DNA of 64,000 bases from an uncultured Pseudomonadota bacterium. GTDB lineage: Bacteria > Pseudomonadota > Alphaproteobacteria > RF32 > CAG-239. This document shows, piece by piece, positions 9,787-20,964 of this stretch (position 1 is its first letter; each line of letters starts with the position of its first letter). The DNA is taken from the NCBI GenBank assembly GCA_949295025.1, contig CASFJK010000005.1, forward strand, positions 13,235 through 77,234. Direction: 5' to 3'. A model generated the notes under the pieces. The model was not told where the DNA came from, ran no database searches, and saw nothing but the letters and a program-made list of their open reading frames with translations. The translations under genes and the position numbers were made by a program.

Positions 9787-11535
9787 TCAACTTTCAAACT
9801 GTAAAAAACCTTCCGATTGCAATTGATAAAGATGATGAAACACTCCTTTTTTCTTGAGAAGTTCAGCTTGGCTACCCTGCTCTACGATTTTGCCTTTTTG
9901 CAAGACAACGATTTCATCCATATTTTTGAGCGTGGACAAACGGTGTGCAATGGCAATCACAGTTTTACCTTCCATCAATTTTGCCAAAGATTTTTGAATA
10001 TAAACCTCACTCTCACTATCCAAAGCTGAGGTTGCTTCATCCAAAACCAAAATCGGTGCTTTGCTCAAAATTGCGCGCGCAATGGCAATACGCTGGCGCT
10101 CACCACCGGAGAGCAACACGCCTTTGTCACCGACTTTAGATTGATACCCATCCGGCAAATCTTTAATAAAGACATCACAATATGCTTCTTTAGCTGCTTT
10201 AACTACCTCTTCATCTGTGGCATTGACATTACCGTAACGGATATTTTCCATCAGCGTACGATTAAAAAGCAATGGGTCTTGTGGAATAAAGGCAATGTTT
10301 TTGCGCAAGCTCATTTGCGTCACTTTAGAAATGTCTTTACCATTTATGGTAATTTTGCCTTTTTGCAAATCATAATAACGCGTCAAAAGTTTAACGAGTG
10401 TAGACTTTCCGGAACCCGATTTTCCAACCAAACCGATTTTTTGACCGTTGGCAATCGATAAATTAAAATCATGGAATAACAAAGATTTGTCAGGATAAGC
10501 AAAATCAACATTTTCAAATTTTATTTCCGCTTTACGTAGTTTCAAATTTTTTGCATTTGGGGCATCAACCACTTCATGCGGTGCATAGATAAAATCAACC
10601 CCGCTTTTGACTTGTCCATAATCACGAAATATACCACTAACATTATAACTCAGCATTTTAGTTGACATTATCAAAACCTGTACCGAGGTCAAAATAAATA
10701 CAATATCAGCCACTGAAAGCGTGCTATATTTCCAAGCAAAAAATGTAGCCACATAAAAAGTTAAAGACATTACATCATAAACAAAATTGTTGCGATAAGT
10801 AAGCTTGGCTCGAGTACATTTTTCATCTCGGTCTAAACGCAACCACTTTTTCAAACGTTGGTAAAAATAAAGGCGCTCATATTTTTCATTGGCAAAAGCC
10901 TTGACGGTTGCCGCATTTACCACACCATCCATATACACGCCGCCAAGTTCTGCCTCAGATTCCGTTACATTTTGCATATTACTAAAAATGGTTTTTCTGA
11001 TTTTTGTTGTCAGCCAAGCAAAAAATAAAGTCACAGCCAAAAAGAAAAGAGCCAGATAACAATTCATAAAAGCAATAATCAACAACGTCACTCCAACCGT
11101 ACTCAAATTCATCACCAAAGTAAGTGTGACATTTTTCAAGGCAGTTATCCCTTGAGAAATAGAGCCGACCATTTTTTCAATATTGCCGCTTTTTTCTTCA
11201 TTAAAAAAGCGCAAAGAATGTTTATGCACCTGCATAAACAAATCTTTGTGCATAGTAGCCATAAACTTTGGTTCAAATTTGGCGTCGGAAAAATGAGCTA
11301 AGCAAAGGAACAAGCTTCCCATCATCGTGGTAACACCAAATGCTGCCAAAAGCCATACACCTTTGGCAATCGGCATATTATCGGCATCAAACTCAGCCAC
11401 CAAGCCAACGAGTTGCGCACTAAAATAAGAATTGATACGCGCAGAAGAAAAACTCACTATATAAAGAATAAAAGACAAAACAAAATAGAACTTCACTTTG
11501 CCGAGATATTTACCAATAAGCTTTAAGACTGTCAT
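9787..11535 (-). CDS. ABC exporter, fused permease/ATPase
   Basis: TM domain, GKSGSGKST, LSGGERQR, LVLDEATS; start placed at MTVLK after AAAGGA. Confidence 0.93.
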   Translation of the reverse strand: MTVLKLIGKYLGKVKFYFVLSFILYIVSFSSARINSYFSAQLVGLVAEFDADNMPIAKGVWLLAAFGVTTMMGSLFLCLAHFSDAKFEPKFMATMHKDLFMQVHKHSLRFFNEEKSGNIEKMVGSISQGITALKNVTLTLVMNLSTVGVTLLIIAFMNCYLALFFLAVTLFFAWLTTKIRKTIFSNMQNVTESEAELGGVYMDGVVNAATVKAFANEKYERLYFYQRLKKWLRLDRDEKCTRAKLTYRNNFVYDVMSLTFYVATFFAWKYSTLSVADIVFILTSVQVLIMSTKMLSYNVSGIFRDYGQVKSGVDFIYAPHEVVDAPNAKNLKLRKAEIKFENVDFAYPDKSLLFHDFNLSIANGQKIGLVGKSGSGKSTLVKLLTRYYDLQKGKITINGKDISKVTQMSLRKNIAFIPQDPLLFNRTLMENIRYGNVNATDEEVVKAAKEAYCDVFIKDLPDGYQSKVGDKGVLLSGGERQRIAIARAILSKAPILVLDEATSALDSESEVYIQKSLAKLMEGKTVIAIAHRLSTLKNMDEIVVLQKGKIVEQGSQAELLKKKGVFHHLYQLQSEGFLQFES

Positions 11536-11643
11536 ATGAGTTCCTTTCTCATCTTCCAAGATCGGCTCTATTAAAGCACATTTTAGGGTTTTAAGCAAGC
11601 CACAAAAAACTCCCCTTTGAGATAACTCAGAGGGGAGTTTTTA

Positions 11644-12600
11644 TTATTGAATAGAGGCATCGAGCGGATTAAAGCGCAAGAGCATTGTCTTCCATAAATC
11701 ATATTTATCAGCATAGCGATTAGCAAAAATTGAATATGGTTGACAAACATAAACTGCACGTCTTGCACTCTCGGCCACTGAACGGAAAGCCTTATCAGAA
11801 CTATAACGCGACATATCCAAAATTTTAGCATCACGCACCGTTCCGTCTTTATTGAGGAATACGCGCACCTCAATAATCATATCTTTAATACCTTGTGCAC
11901 CGGGATCAAGGTTCCAACAAGCACGCAATCTGCCGGCAATGGCATCAATTTCAGAGATTGACAATTCGCTGAAATAAGAACCTCCGGTTCCGCCCTCAAT
12001 ACCCATATTAGCAACATCTGTGCCTTCTTTAATGGTTGCAGTTGCGCTCTTGTTACCGGTCTCTTTTTCCAAAGCATCAACAGATGCAAGCAAGCTCTTT
12101 AACTGATTAGCCAGTTTTGGCTCATCTTTGGGTTGGGGAGCCTCTTTTTTAGGTTGCGGCTTTTTCGGTTGTGGTTTAGGAGCCGGTTTAGGCGCAGCTT
12201 TTTTAACCGGAACTTTTGGCTTCTTGGGTTGTGGCGCGACTAAAAAATCTTGTTTTGGCGGCTTTGGAGTTTCTTTCGTTTCTGTTGTTTCTTCCTTAGC
12301 TTTTGCCTTAGACTTCACTTCTTCTTGGCGCACTTCATCTTTCGTATATTTTTCTTCAACCTTGCGCTTAACCTTAGAAGCAGCCTTATCTTCTTTGCCA
12401 AACTTGGCTTTAGGCGGCAAGTTCGTCATTTCAGATATTTTCACATCTTTCAAATCGACAATAATCGGCACTTGGTTTAATGTAGCCCGATTTGACCAAA
12501 ACAAAGGCAAATCGACTATCATCATCAGAAAGACGACTAAATGCAATAACAAAGACTTTTTTACAGCCTTGTCCATATTTTCATCTTTAACGATTTGCAT
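11644..12600 (-). CDS. tolA: TolA
   Basis: TM with SLLLH, Lys/Pro-rich linker, C-terminal CWN...AESARRAV...F.P; follows tolQR. Confidence 0.85.
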   Translation of the reverse strand: MQIVKDENMDKAVKKSLLLHLVVFLMMIVDLPLFWSNRATLNQVPIIVDLKDVKISEMTNLPPKAKFGKEDKAASKVKRKVEEKYTKDEVRQEEVKSKAKAKEETTETKETPKPPKQDFLVAPQPKKPKVPVKKAAPKPAPKPQPKKPQPKKEAPQPKDEPKLANQLKSLLASVDALEKETGNKSATATIKEGTDVANMGIEGGTGGSYFSELSISEIDAIAGRLRACWNLDPGAQGIKDMIIEVRVFLNKDGTVRDAKILDMSRYSSDKAFRSVAESARRAVYVCQPYSIFANRYADKYDLWKTMLLRFNPLDASIQ

Positions 12601-13021
12601 TAGGTTTCGGTTCCGTTTTCAATCCCACTTTTTCAAATCCGGCTTCTTTCAAGATAGCCATCAAGCCAATAACACGACCATATTCAGCCCCTGTATCACC
12701 GGAAATTGTAACGGTAAGTTCGCTGTTTTCTTTACGAATGGCTTTGAGCTTATCCACGATTTTATCAGCCGGAACTTCGGTTTTACCAATGTAGTAATAA
12801 CCATCTTTATCCACGCTGATATTGACGGAAGTATCTTTACCTTCCATAGCTTTACCGCCGACTTTTGGTAAATCAAGCGCAATACCGGAAGTCATCAAAG
12901 GTGCTGCCACCATAAAGACGACCAAAAGCACCATCATCACATCCATCAAGTTGGTAATGTTAATATCGGCATTACGGCGATATTCACGATGTGAACGGCG
13001 AGATTTTTGAATAAAGGGCAT
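12587..13021 (-). CDS. tolR: TolR (ExbD family)
   Basis: INITNLMDVMMVLLVVFMVAAP. Confidence 0.92.
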   Translation of the reverse strand: MPFIQKSRRSHREYRRNADINITNLMDVMMVLLVVFMVAAPLMTSGIALDLPKVGGKAMEGKDTSVNISVDKDGYYYIGKTEVPADKIVDKLKAIRKENSELTVTISGDTGAEYGRVIGLMAILKEAGFEKVGLKTEPKPNANR

Positions 13022-13024
13022 TAA

Positions 13025-13771
13025 TTATTCTCCTGCCATTTCGGCCTTAATAGCCGTATCATCAATTTCACGAGACAAAATGCTGGAGAACTCATCCATA
13101 AAGTTTTCCAATCGTTTGGCATATCTATCCAAATCGGAAGAAATTTTGTTATAAGCAACCACAGCCGGAATAGCGGCAATCAAACCGAAGGCAGTTGTAA
13201 ACAAAGCTTCGGCAATACCGGGAGCCATAGCAGACAAAGAGTTGCTTTGTGTTGCAGCAATAGCATTAAAGCTGTTAATAATACCCCAAACAGTTCCAAA
13301 CAAACCGACGAGCGGAGCAACAGAACCGGTAGAAGCCAAAAAGCCCAAACGAGTATCCAAGGCATCCAGCTCTTTATCCATAGAAACCATCATGGCTTTT
13401 TCAATACGCTGTTGTAAAGAAACACCGCGCAAACCTCTATCGGTTTTAGATTTCAAAATATTGGTGCGTTTCCATTCACGCATTGCAGAAACAAACATGG
13501 CAGACATAGGGTCTTGCGGACGATTACCGATAGAATCATACAATCTGTCCAAAGAACCACCGGACCAAAACTTTTCTTCAAAACTGCGAGAACGTTGTTT
13601 AACCTGACGAATGGTACCGATTTTTTCAATGATAATGGCCCAGCACCAAACGGAAGCAAAAATCAAACCGATCATTACGACTTTAGTGATTAAATCTGAT
13701 GCCCAGACTAAATCCCACATAGACATTTCAGCGGCTTTTGTAGCAACTTCATTCAAAGCTTCTGTTTCCAT
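13025..13771 (-). CDS. tolQ: TolQ
   Basis: GLFGTVWGI, APGIAEALFTTA. Confidence 0.95.
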   Translation of the reverse strand: METEALNEVATKAAEMSMWDLVWASDLITKVVMIGLIFASVWCWAIIIEKIGTIRQVKQRSRSFEEKFWSGGSLDRLYDSIGNRPQDPMSAMFVSAMREWKRTNILKSKTDRGLRGVSLQQRIEKAMMVSMDKELDALDTRLGFLASTGSVAPLVGLFGTVWGIINSFNAIAATQSNSLSAMAPGIAEALFTTAFGLIAAIPAVVAYNKISSDLDRYAKRLENFMDEFSSILSREIDDTAIKAEMAGE

Positions 13772-13888
13772 ATTTATATACCTTTTTTAGCTAAAAAAAT
13801 TAAATCCGCAAATTCTTGATTAGAAGAATTAGCATAAAATATTAAAAATTCAATTAATTATTTTTCTTTTTTCAATAGAAAATTTAAT

Positions 13889-14383
13889 CTATTTCACATA
13901 AGGCAAAGCAAAGAGAATATTAGGAGAAACCTTTCCTTGTTTAATATAGTCTTCCAGTTCCTGAGGCGTAAACCAGCGCACATCAGCCACCTCTGTTGGC
14001 TGTAAAGTCAAATCTTCAATTTTAGCTTCAGAATGAGCAAACCACACGTCAACCATACCGCCCCACGGGTCAGGCTCAGGGTTCTGATACACCAAGACCG
14101 GATTTTCAATTTTCAAACCGATTTCTTCCAATGTTTCGCGCTTGGCAGCTTCCAAAGAAGTTTCGCCGGTATCTGCCACACCACCATGAACCGACCACAT
14201 ATTCGGATCCACACGACGATTGGGCAAACGTTTTTGCATCAAAAATTGTCCCTTACTGTTTTTTACCCAAACATGCACACTCAAAAAATGTTTTTTCTGC
14301 GGCACAAATTCTTTTCGGGGTAAAACTTCCCCCGTTTTTTCGCGATTGATGGTAATAACGTCTACAAGTTCGGTTTCAGCCAT
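13889..14383 (-). CDS. NUDIX hydrolase (IDI-like)
   Basis: GGVADTGETSLEAAKRETLEEIG Nudix box. Confidence 0.9.
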   Translation of the reverse strand: MAETELVDVITINREKTGEVLPRKEFVPQKKHFLSVHVWVKNSKGQFLMQKRLPNRRVDPNMWSVHGGVADTGETSLEAAKRETLEEIGLKIENPVLVYQNPEPDPWGGMVDVWFAHSEAKIEDLTLQPTEVADVRWFTPQELEDYIKQGKVSPNILFALPYVK

Positions 14384-14826
14384 TACAAACTCTCAATTTT
14401 GTTGACCAAAGCTTCCGGAATACGTATAGGACGCTTTTTATTCAGGCTGACATAAGCTAACTGTACCGTCATGGAAACAAGCAATTTATCTTGGCAATAA
14501 ATTTCTTGTTTCATCTCCAAGCGCGCCCCACTTAGGTTCATCACCTCACAGGTAACAGACAACAAATCATCTAAAATCGCCGGCGCTTTATATTCAATAT
14601 TGATACCTCTAACCATAAAGCCGCACATTTCTTCAGCTTGCAAAGCTTCGTGTTGGTTCACTCCCAGCGCACGGATAAATTCGGTTCTGGCTCTTTCGGC
14701 ATATTTGAGATAATTAGCATAATAAACTACCCCACCGGCATCGGTATCTTCATAATACACACGAGCCGGAAAAGCAAAAACTTTACCATGAAATTGTCCT
14801 TGTGGTGCCAAAACTTCATAACCCAT
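14383..14826 (-). CDS. ybgC: Tol-Pal-associated acyl-CoA thioesterase
   Basis: RVYYEDTDAGGVVYYANYLKYAERARTE. Confidence 0.95.
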   Translation of the reverse strand: MGYEVLAPQGQFHGKVFAFPARVYYEDTDAGGVVYYANYLKYAERARTEFIRALGVNQHEALQAEEMCGFMVRGINIEYKAPAILDDLLSVTCEVMNLSGARLEMKQEIYCQDKLLVSMTVQLAYVSLNKKRPIRIPEALVNKIESL

Positions 14827-14840
14827 TATTTTTTCTCCTT

Positions 14841-15914
14841 CTAAGCATTATTATCGGCTTCTATGGCTTGCAACAAATCAAATTGCTCTGCTTGCGGACG
14901 ATATTTTTTCACCCGCGGCATGCCTAAATATTCGCAGCCCAAATCAGAAATCACACGTCCGCGCGGTGTCCTTTGCAAAAATCCGAGCTTGAGCAAAAAT
15001 GGCTCAATCACTTCTTCAATCGTGTCGCGTTCTTCCGAAAGCGCTGCCGCCAAGGTATCCACACCTACAGGACCTCCGCCGTAATTTTGCAAAATGCAAC
15101 TTAAGTACCGACGGTCAAAAGCATCCAAACCATAGTTATCAACATCCAAACGGCGCAAAGCATTATCCGCAATTTTGTTATCAACGCTTTCAGCATTACA
15201 AACAGCACCAAAGTCACGCACACGACGAAGCAAGCGCCCCGCCACACGAGGTGTTCCGCGAGAACGTTTGGCAATTTCAATTGCACCCGATTCGGAAATT
15301 GGCATTCCTAAAAGATTAGCCCCACGAATAACAATTTGTTTAAGTTCTTCCGGCGTATAAAAATCAAGACGTAACGGAATACCGAAACGCTCACGTAACG
15401 GGGTGGACAACAAACCAGAACGCGTGGTCGCACCAACCAACGTAAATGGTTGCAAATCAATGCGCACTGAGCGTGCCGAAGGACCTTCACCGATAATCAA
15501 ATCGAGCTGAAAATCTTCCATTGCTGAATAAAGCACTTCTTCAATGGCCGGATTAAGACGATGAATTTCATCAATAAACAAAACATCATTTTTTTCAAGG
15601 TTGGTTAAAATTGCTGCCAAATCACCTGATTTTGAAATCATCGGTGCTGAAGTGGCGCGGAAATTAACGCCCAACTCTTTTGCTACAATGGAAGCCAAAG
15701 TGGTTTTACCAAGTCCCGGAGGTCCAAAGAGCAACACATGGTCCAATGCATCTCCACGTTGCTTAGCAGCTTGAATGAAAACCTTCAAATTTTCGCAAAC
15801 TTGACGCTGTCCGACAAAGTCATCCAAACTTTGCGGACGCAAATTAATAGGCATTCCGTTTTCTTTCTCTTCTTCCGTCTCGTGTGGAGAAACCAATCTT
15901 TCGGCATTCATCAT
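14841..15914 (-). CDS. ruvB: Holliday junction helicase RuvB
   Basis: [26 protein letters not shown]. Confidence 0.98.
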   Translation of the reverse strand: MMNAERLVSPHETEEEKENGMPINLRPQSLDDFVGQRQVCENLKVFIQAAKQRGDALDHVLLFGPPGLGKTTLASIVAKELGVNFRATSAPMISKSGDLAAILTNLEKNDVLFIDEIHRLNPAIEEVLYSAMEDFQLDLIIGEGPSARSVRIDLQPFTLVGATTRSGLLSTPLRERFGIPLRLDFYTPEELKQIVIRGANLLGMPISESGAIEIAKRSRGTPRVAGRLLRRVRDFGAVCNAESVDNKIADNALRRLDVDNYGLDAFDRRYLSCILQNYGGGPVGVDTLAAALSEERDTIEEVIEPFLLKLGFLQRTPRGRVISDLGCEYLGMPRVKKYRPQAEQFDLLQAIEADNNA

Positions 15915-15917
15915 GGT

Positions 15918-16589
15918 TTATAAATCTTTCTTAGCAAATTCTTTTAAGGACAAACGAATAAGTTCGGAAACATCCGCACTCGGATTTTCGCTCTGAACTT
16001 TATTAACGGCACGATAAGCCTCCATGCGTTGGTAACCCAAATTAACCAAAGCCGAAATAGCATCTTCACTGTTAGCTGAGTTACTCTCCATAGCCACTAA
16101 ACTATCTTCATAAGCATTAACTTCTTGATCTGCATCCATATTCAGCTCCCTTTCCATTTCTGCAGTGGTTGAAGTTGCCGCTACCGGAATGGTAACGATT
16201 TTATCTTTAAGCTCGGTCACAATACGCGCAGCCAATTTTGGTCCCACACCGTTAGCCCGTGTAAATGAGGCTTTGTCTTGCGCTGAAATGGCTTGAGCCA
16301 ATTGCACCGGTGTTAAAGCAGAAAGAATGCTCAAGCATACCTTTGCCCCCACGCCCTGCACTTTAGTCAACGTGATAAACCATTCTTTTTCCAAGGCCGA
16401 AGCAAAACCAAACAACGTGATACTGTCTTCTCTGACAACAGTTTCAGTCAACACCGAAGCTGCTTCCCCCACATGCAACCGAGCCAAGGTTTTAGCAGAA
16501 GCATAAACCAAATAACCAACCCCGTTCACATCAATAATAAAATAATCTTCTCCGATGGTATCAACCATTCCACGCAGTTTTGCAATCAT
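15918..16589 (-). CDS. ruvA: Holliday junction protein RuvA
   Basis: MIAKLRG, VNGVGY, VRED, GVGPKLA, ALVNLGY. Confidence 0.97.
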   Translation of the reverse strand: MIAKLRGMVDTIGEDYFIIDVNGVGYLVYASAKTLARLHVGEAASVLTETVVREDSITLFGFASALEKEWFITLTKVQGVGAKVCLSILSALTPVQLAQAISAQDKASFTRANGVGPKLAARIVTELKDKIVTIPVAATSTTAEMERELNMDADQEVNAYEDSLVAMESNSANSEDAISALVNLGYQRMEAYRAVNKVQSENPSADVSELIRLSLKEFAKKDL

Positions 16590-16708
16590 TTTTATAAGCC
16601 TTTTGTTTCTATAATGTTCTCATGCTATACAAATTTGAGCCGACTTACAAGCAAATTTTAGCACCTCTAAACAAAAAAAGCTCCGTAACTAAATACGAAG
16701 CTTTTTTA

Positions 16709-17866
16709 TTAATACCAAATATAAAAAGTATCCCCACTTTCATACATCTCATGCAACAAAGGTTCTTGTCGCAAATCTTTCACATTCTTAACCACATATA
16801 CAAATTTATCAGTCAAAACCGGAAATTCCAGATTAACCGGATTTTGCACAAATATTTCAGCCATCCATCCATTTCGCCAAAAAACTCTCACTGCCGCTTT
16901 TTTTGTATCATTTACAAAATAATAATAAGCCATATCTTTAGGCAAATCCGGATTACCATCAAACTTTTGTAACACCATTTTCACGCCGCAAAACACATCC
17001 TCATAAGAACTAAATGATGATATTTTTCGCCATAAGCGTTTAGAAAAAACGTGTTTATTGATGAGCAACTGCTTAAAAATATTGCTCCATTGATACGAAC
17101 TCAAATCAGGATAATGTTCAATCATATCAATCAAACCAATCTGGCCGAGATTTCCTGGCAACAATGTTTTGTGCAAATATTCCATCCAAAGTGTCAATCT
17201 CTTACGCAATTCCAGCATTTGTTCCTGCATAAATTGAAAATGCCGTGGTTGCATGGCAGAAATTGTCAAACCATAATCACAACGTTTGCGGAGCTCGTCC
17301 ATCACATCTTTTTCTTGATAAATGTCAGGAACAATTCTCACCACAAAATACTTATTTTTGCAAAATCCGGCAATAAATTCTATATCAACAGCATGTAGAA
17401 AAGCTTTATCTTCCAACAAAGGAAAATGCATACTCTTCAAAAAAACACCGGAAACCACAAATTCATAAACTTGAACATCTTGCCCATAGGGTAATAATAC
17501 AAAATCTAAGCAAACATCACTTTCCCACAAAGAATAGTTTTCAAAATCATCTTCTTTTAAATAAAAACAATCTGAATCCATCGGAAAAGAACTACTATGT
17601 TTCAAATTATACAAAATATTTTCTATAATTTTTGCCACACTGCGCAATCTTGGCAATGCCCATAATTTTTCATATTCCTCAGGTGTCAACAATTCTTGTA
17701 AAGATTTTAAATAAGGAATCATTTTCAGCTTCTGCCCAAAAGATAATGCCTCAACTTTTGATAAAATTTGTTGATATGTATTATTTTTGCACCCCAAACA
17801 ACGATTTAGTTTTCTTCGTTGTTCTTTAAGTGTTTCAAACACTTTTGCCAAATTAACATTTTTCAT
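16709..17866 (-). CDS. Hypothetical protein between ruvC and ruvA
   Basis: 385 aa ORF with no recognised motif; SD-less leader. Confidence 0.75.
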   Translation of the reverse strand: MKNVNLAKVFETLKEQRRKLNRCLGCKNNTYQQILSKVEALSFGQKLKMIPYLKSLQELLTPEEYEKLWALPRLRSVAKIIENILYNLKHSSSFPMDSDCFYLKEDDFENYSLWESDVCLDFVLLPYGQDVQVYEFVVSGVFLKSMHFPLLEDKAFLHAVDIEFIAGFCKNKYFVVRIVPDIYQEKDVMDELRKRCDYGLTISAMQPRHFQFMQEQMLELRKRLTLWMEYLHKTLLPGNLGQIGLIDMIEHYPDLSSYQWSNIFKQLLINKHVFSKRLWRKISSFSSYEDVFCGVKMVLQKFDGNPDLPKDMAYYYFVNDTKKAAVRVFWRNGWMAEIFVQNPVNLEFPVLTDKFVYVVKNVKDLRQEPLLHEMYESGDTFYIWY

Positions 17867-17944
17867 AATATATAAAAAAAATAGGGTTAATAATAAATTT
17901 TATTAACCCTTTTATAACAAAGCATCTTAAAAATCGCAAGTTTT

Positions 17945-18649
17945 TTAAGCCGATTTTTTCATCTCATAATTTTTAAGATACTCAATCCACTCCGGACAAT
18001 TATTTTCTCTAAAAAACTCATAAAGGAAATCGAACATAAATTGATGCCTGATTTGAGCTTCTTTTTTACCGGCATCAGTCAACATCAAATCTTTAAGTTT
18101 GAGCATTTTCTCAAAAAAATGATTGATAAAATTGTCAGACTTTCGATTAGGCTTTTTATATTCCGTTGCCGAAAGATTAACTTCAGGCCAAATATTTCTG
18201 TCAAAAATCTGGTCCGTTCCGGAATGGCATTTATCAAGAGCATATGCCAAACAACGCACAGTTCCCATCGCACCGATTGCTTCCAACATATCGGCATCGG
18301 AAACAAGCATTCCTTCTTTGGTTTGCGGACGAATACCTTGCAAACATTTGCTATATCCCATATTGGCAATTATATCACATACTTGAGTAGATGTTAGAGT
18401 ATCCACACCGTTTTGTCGCATAATTTTCTTGGCATTGGTTAAATTTTTAGCATGTTCTTCACCAAAGAGTTTATAGTCATCAGCATCATGCAAAAGTGCT
18501 GCCAAAGCCACCACATCTCTGTTCACATTTTCATTCTTTGCCAAATCCAGAGCCAAAGCATAAACGCGCTCCACATGGTCAGCACCATGCCCGCTCTTAT
18601 CTCCGTTCAAAAGCTTGCGAACATCTTCTAAAACACTTTTCATATTCAT
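17945..18649 (-). CDS. HD-domain phosphohydrolase (YedJ-like)
   Basis: GH...HVERV, ALLHDADD, DADMLEAIGA, HFFEK. Confidence 0.92.
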   Translation of the reverse strand: MNMKSVLEDVRKLLNGDKSGHGADHVERVYALALDLAKNENVNRDVVALAALLHDADDYKLFGEEHAKNLTNAKKIMRQNGVDTLTSTQVCDIIANMGYSKCLQGIRPQTKEGMLVSDADMLEAIGAMGTVRCLAYALDKCHSGTDQIFDRNIWPEVNLSATEYKKPNRKSDNFINHFFEKMLKLKDLMLTDAGKKEAQIRHQFMFDFLYEFFRENNCPEWIEYLKNYEMKKSA

Positions 18650-19138
18650 TTACTTCATTCCCAAAGCGCGAGCATTACGATAATTATAATGCGTAATAGC
18701 CATTGCCAAAGCATCGGAAGAGTCATTATTCTTAGGCTTACACCCCGGCAACAATACTTTTACCATGGTTTCGACCTGACTTTTTTCAGCGCGCCCCACT
18801 CCGACAAGAGCTTTTTTCACCTTTGTTGGTTCATATTCGCAAACCGGAATTCCATAGAGTGCCGGAGCCATAATCACCACACCTCTTGCCATGCCAAGCT
18901 TAATGGTAGATGTTGGGTTTTCATTCAAAAACACTTGCTCAATGGCTGCCTCTTGTGGCTGATAAGTCTCAATCACTTCTTTCAAAGTGTTATGAATAAC
19001 AGTCAATCTTTCCGGCAACGGCAATTTTGGATCTGTTTTGATAAAACCATCAGCAACATAACGCAAATGATTATTCACGACTTCAATCACGCCCCAACCG
19101 GTAGAAGATAAACTCGGGTCCAAACCTAAGATTCGCAT
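18650..19138 (-). CDS. ruvC: Holliday junction resolvase RuvC
   Basis: RILGLDP, AIEQVF, LGMARG, DALAMAITH. Confidence 0.97.
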   Translation of the reverse strand: MRILGLDPSLSSTGWGVIEVVNNHLRYVADGFIKTDPKLPLPERLTVIHNTLKEVIETYQPQEAAIEQVFLNENPTSTIKLGMARGVVIMAPALYGIPVCEYEPTKVKKALVGVGRAEKSQVETMVKVLLPGCKPKNNDSSDALAMAITHYNYRNARALGMK

Positions 19139-19203
19139 TTTTCCTCTTTCTTAAAAATAAAGCGGAACCTTTAAGCTCCGCCTTATTAACAATCACTCTA
19201 AAA

Positions 19204-19959
19204 TTATTCAGCTTCTAAAGCTTTCAAAACTTCTTCAGAAAACTCTGCATTATGATAAACTTTTTGGACGTCATCATCGTCTTCCAAAGCATCAACAAAG
19301 TCTAAGAACTTTTGAGCTGTTTCCAAATCGGTAATATCGGTTTTAACATTAGCTTTCCAATCCAAACGAGAAGCAGATGGTGTACCGAATTGTCCTTCCA
19401 AAACTTCTGTAACGGCAGACAAATCATCTGGCAAAGTTTCAATCTCGTGATGTTCATCATCGCTCACAACGTCATTAGCGCCGGCCTCCAAAGCAGCTTC
19501 AAACATTTTATCAGCTTCGGCAACAGATACGGGATATTGAATAAAACCAATACGTTCAAAGTTAAAAGTAACCGAACCGGTTTCACCCATAGCACCGCCG
19601 CGTTTACCAAAAATGGTACGAATATTTCCGGCTGTTCTGTTTTTGTTATCGGTCATTGCTTCAACAATAACGGCAACTTTACCCGGACCAAAACCTTCAT
19701 AACGAGCACTTACATAATCGGCGCCACCGGCTGTTTGGCTGGCTTTGGCAATAGCACGTTCAATATTATCTTTCGGCATACTTTCAGCACGAGCTGCTTG
19801 AATAGCCAAACGCAAACGTGGGTTTTTATCAGGTTCAGGCAAACCGCTTTTAGCAGCAATGGTAATATCTCTTGCCAATTTTGCAAAAACTTTTGCTTTT
19901 TTAGCATCTTGAGCACCTTTACGGTACATAATATTCTTAAACTGGGAGTGTCCAGACAT
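19204..19959 (-). CDS. yebC: YebC/PmpR family protein
   Basis: MSGHSQFKNI, NPRLR, YEGFGP, TDNKNRT. Confidence 0.97.
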   Translation of the reverse strand: MSGHSQFKNIMYRKGAQDAKKAKVFAKLARDITIAAKSGLPEPDKNPRLRLAIQAARAESMPKDNIERAIAKASQTAGGADYVSARYEGFGPGKVAVIVEAMTDNKNRTAGNIRTIFGKRGGAMGETGSVTFNFERIGFIQYPVSVAEADKMFEAALEAGANDVVSDDEHHEIETLPDDLSAVTEVLEGQFGTPSASRLDWKANVKTDITDLETAQKFLDFVDALEDDDDVQKVYHNAEFSEEVLKALEAE

Positions 19960-20112
19960 CTTTATAACTCCTTAAAAACAAGGGCTTTAACCCTAAAAAA
20001 ATTCAAAACTCGGTGTGTTTATACATCAATCCATTCGTTTTCGCAAGATTTTTTTAAAAACAGAAAACAAAATATAAAAAAAGCGGCATTTCAAACTGAT
20101 GCCGCCTTTTTC

Positions 20113-20877
20113 TTACTCAATAACCATATAATCAACTCGTTGGTCATCAACCGATAATATTCTCAGTTTTACACCTTTGATATTAATCATCCCCGGTTTA
20201 GCCGGAAAACTATATTCTTTGAAACCACCTGTTGTTGAATCTTCATAATCATAATAAATAAACCACATGCGTCCTAAACGAACACCATCATATTTAATAT
20301 CGAACCCTTTAATTGGTTTTGATTGTTCTGTTTTGGTAATAAATACCGGCTCAAAACGAAATTTATCATTATTAGATACAAATTCTTGACGCAACAAGAC
20401 CAAACGTTTATTTTTAATCATACCTGTCTGATAATAAAGTTTGCCTGTTTTCTCTTCAGCCAAAACAACAAAATCTTCCATTTGCGTTGGTAAAAGCATA
20501 TATTTCAGACCATCAATCGTAACATAGCCGATAATATCAAAAGTCTGATTATTTTTATATTCATAAGGAACAGACACATTGCTTAAAACCACATTACCAG
20601 CCGCACGCACTTTTTCAGTAACAAAATAGCTTCTTTCAAAAGTCTTATCACTCAAAACAGAATAGCCTTTAAAAGCTGTACGCAATTCATTTACTTTAAA
20701 ACTTTTTTCATTAATATCTTCTGTTTTTACCAGTTTTGGAGCATTGTCTTTATAATCAATACCAATAGAATTAAACTTGTCAAACCATGCCCTTCTTCCT
20801 GACCAGACATCAACCTCTCCCGCATAAATACAAGCATTTAAGCACAAAGCCGCGCATAAAATAAAAGCTTTTTTCAT
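20113..20877 (-). CDS. Putative lipoprotein
   Basis: Signal peptide with LNAC lipobox. Confidence 0.7.
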   Translation of the reverse strand: MKKAFILCAALCLNACIYAGEVDVWSGRRAWFDKFNSIGIDYKDNAPKLVKTEDINEKSFKVNELRTAFKGYSVLSDKTFERSYFVTEKVRAAGNVVLSNVSVPYEYKNNQTFDIIGYVTIDGLKYMLLPTQMEDFVVLAEEKTGKLYYQTGMIKNKRLVLLRQEFVSNNDKFRFEPVFITKTEQSKPIKGFDIKYDGVRLGRMWFIYYDYEDSTTGGFKEYSFPAKPGMINIKGVKLRILSVDDQRVDYMVIE

Positions 20878-20964
20878 CTGTTTTCTCTTAAAAATTTTAA
20901 TGTTTTCCTAATTAATATAATATATTTTAATTGAAGTAAATAATTGATTCGTAAATTGGGGAAA

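Noticed and set aside
19312..20157. 281 aa plus-strand ORF
   Set aside because: Antisense shadow of yebC with no recognisable motifs; likewise 12128..12871 over tolA and 46729..47280 over aspS.
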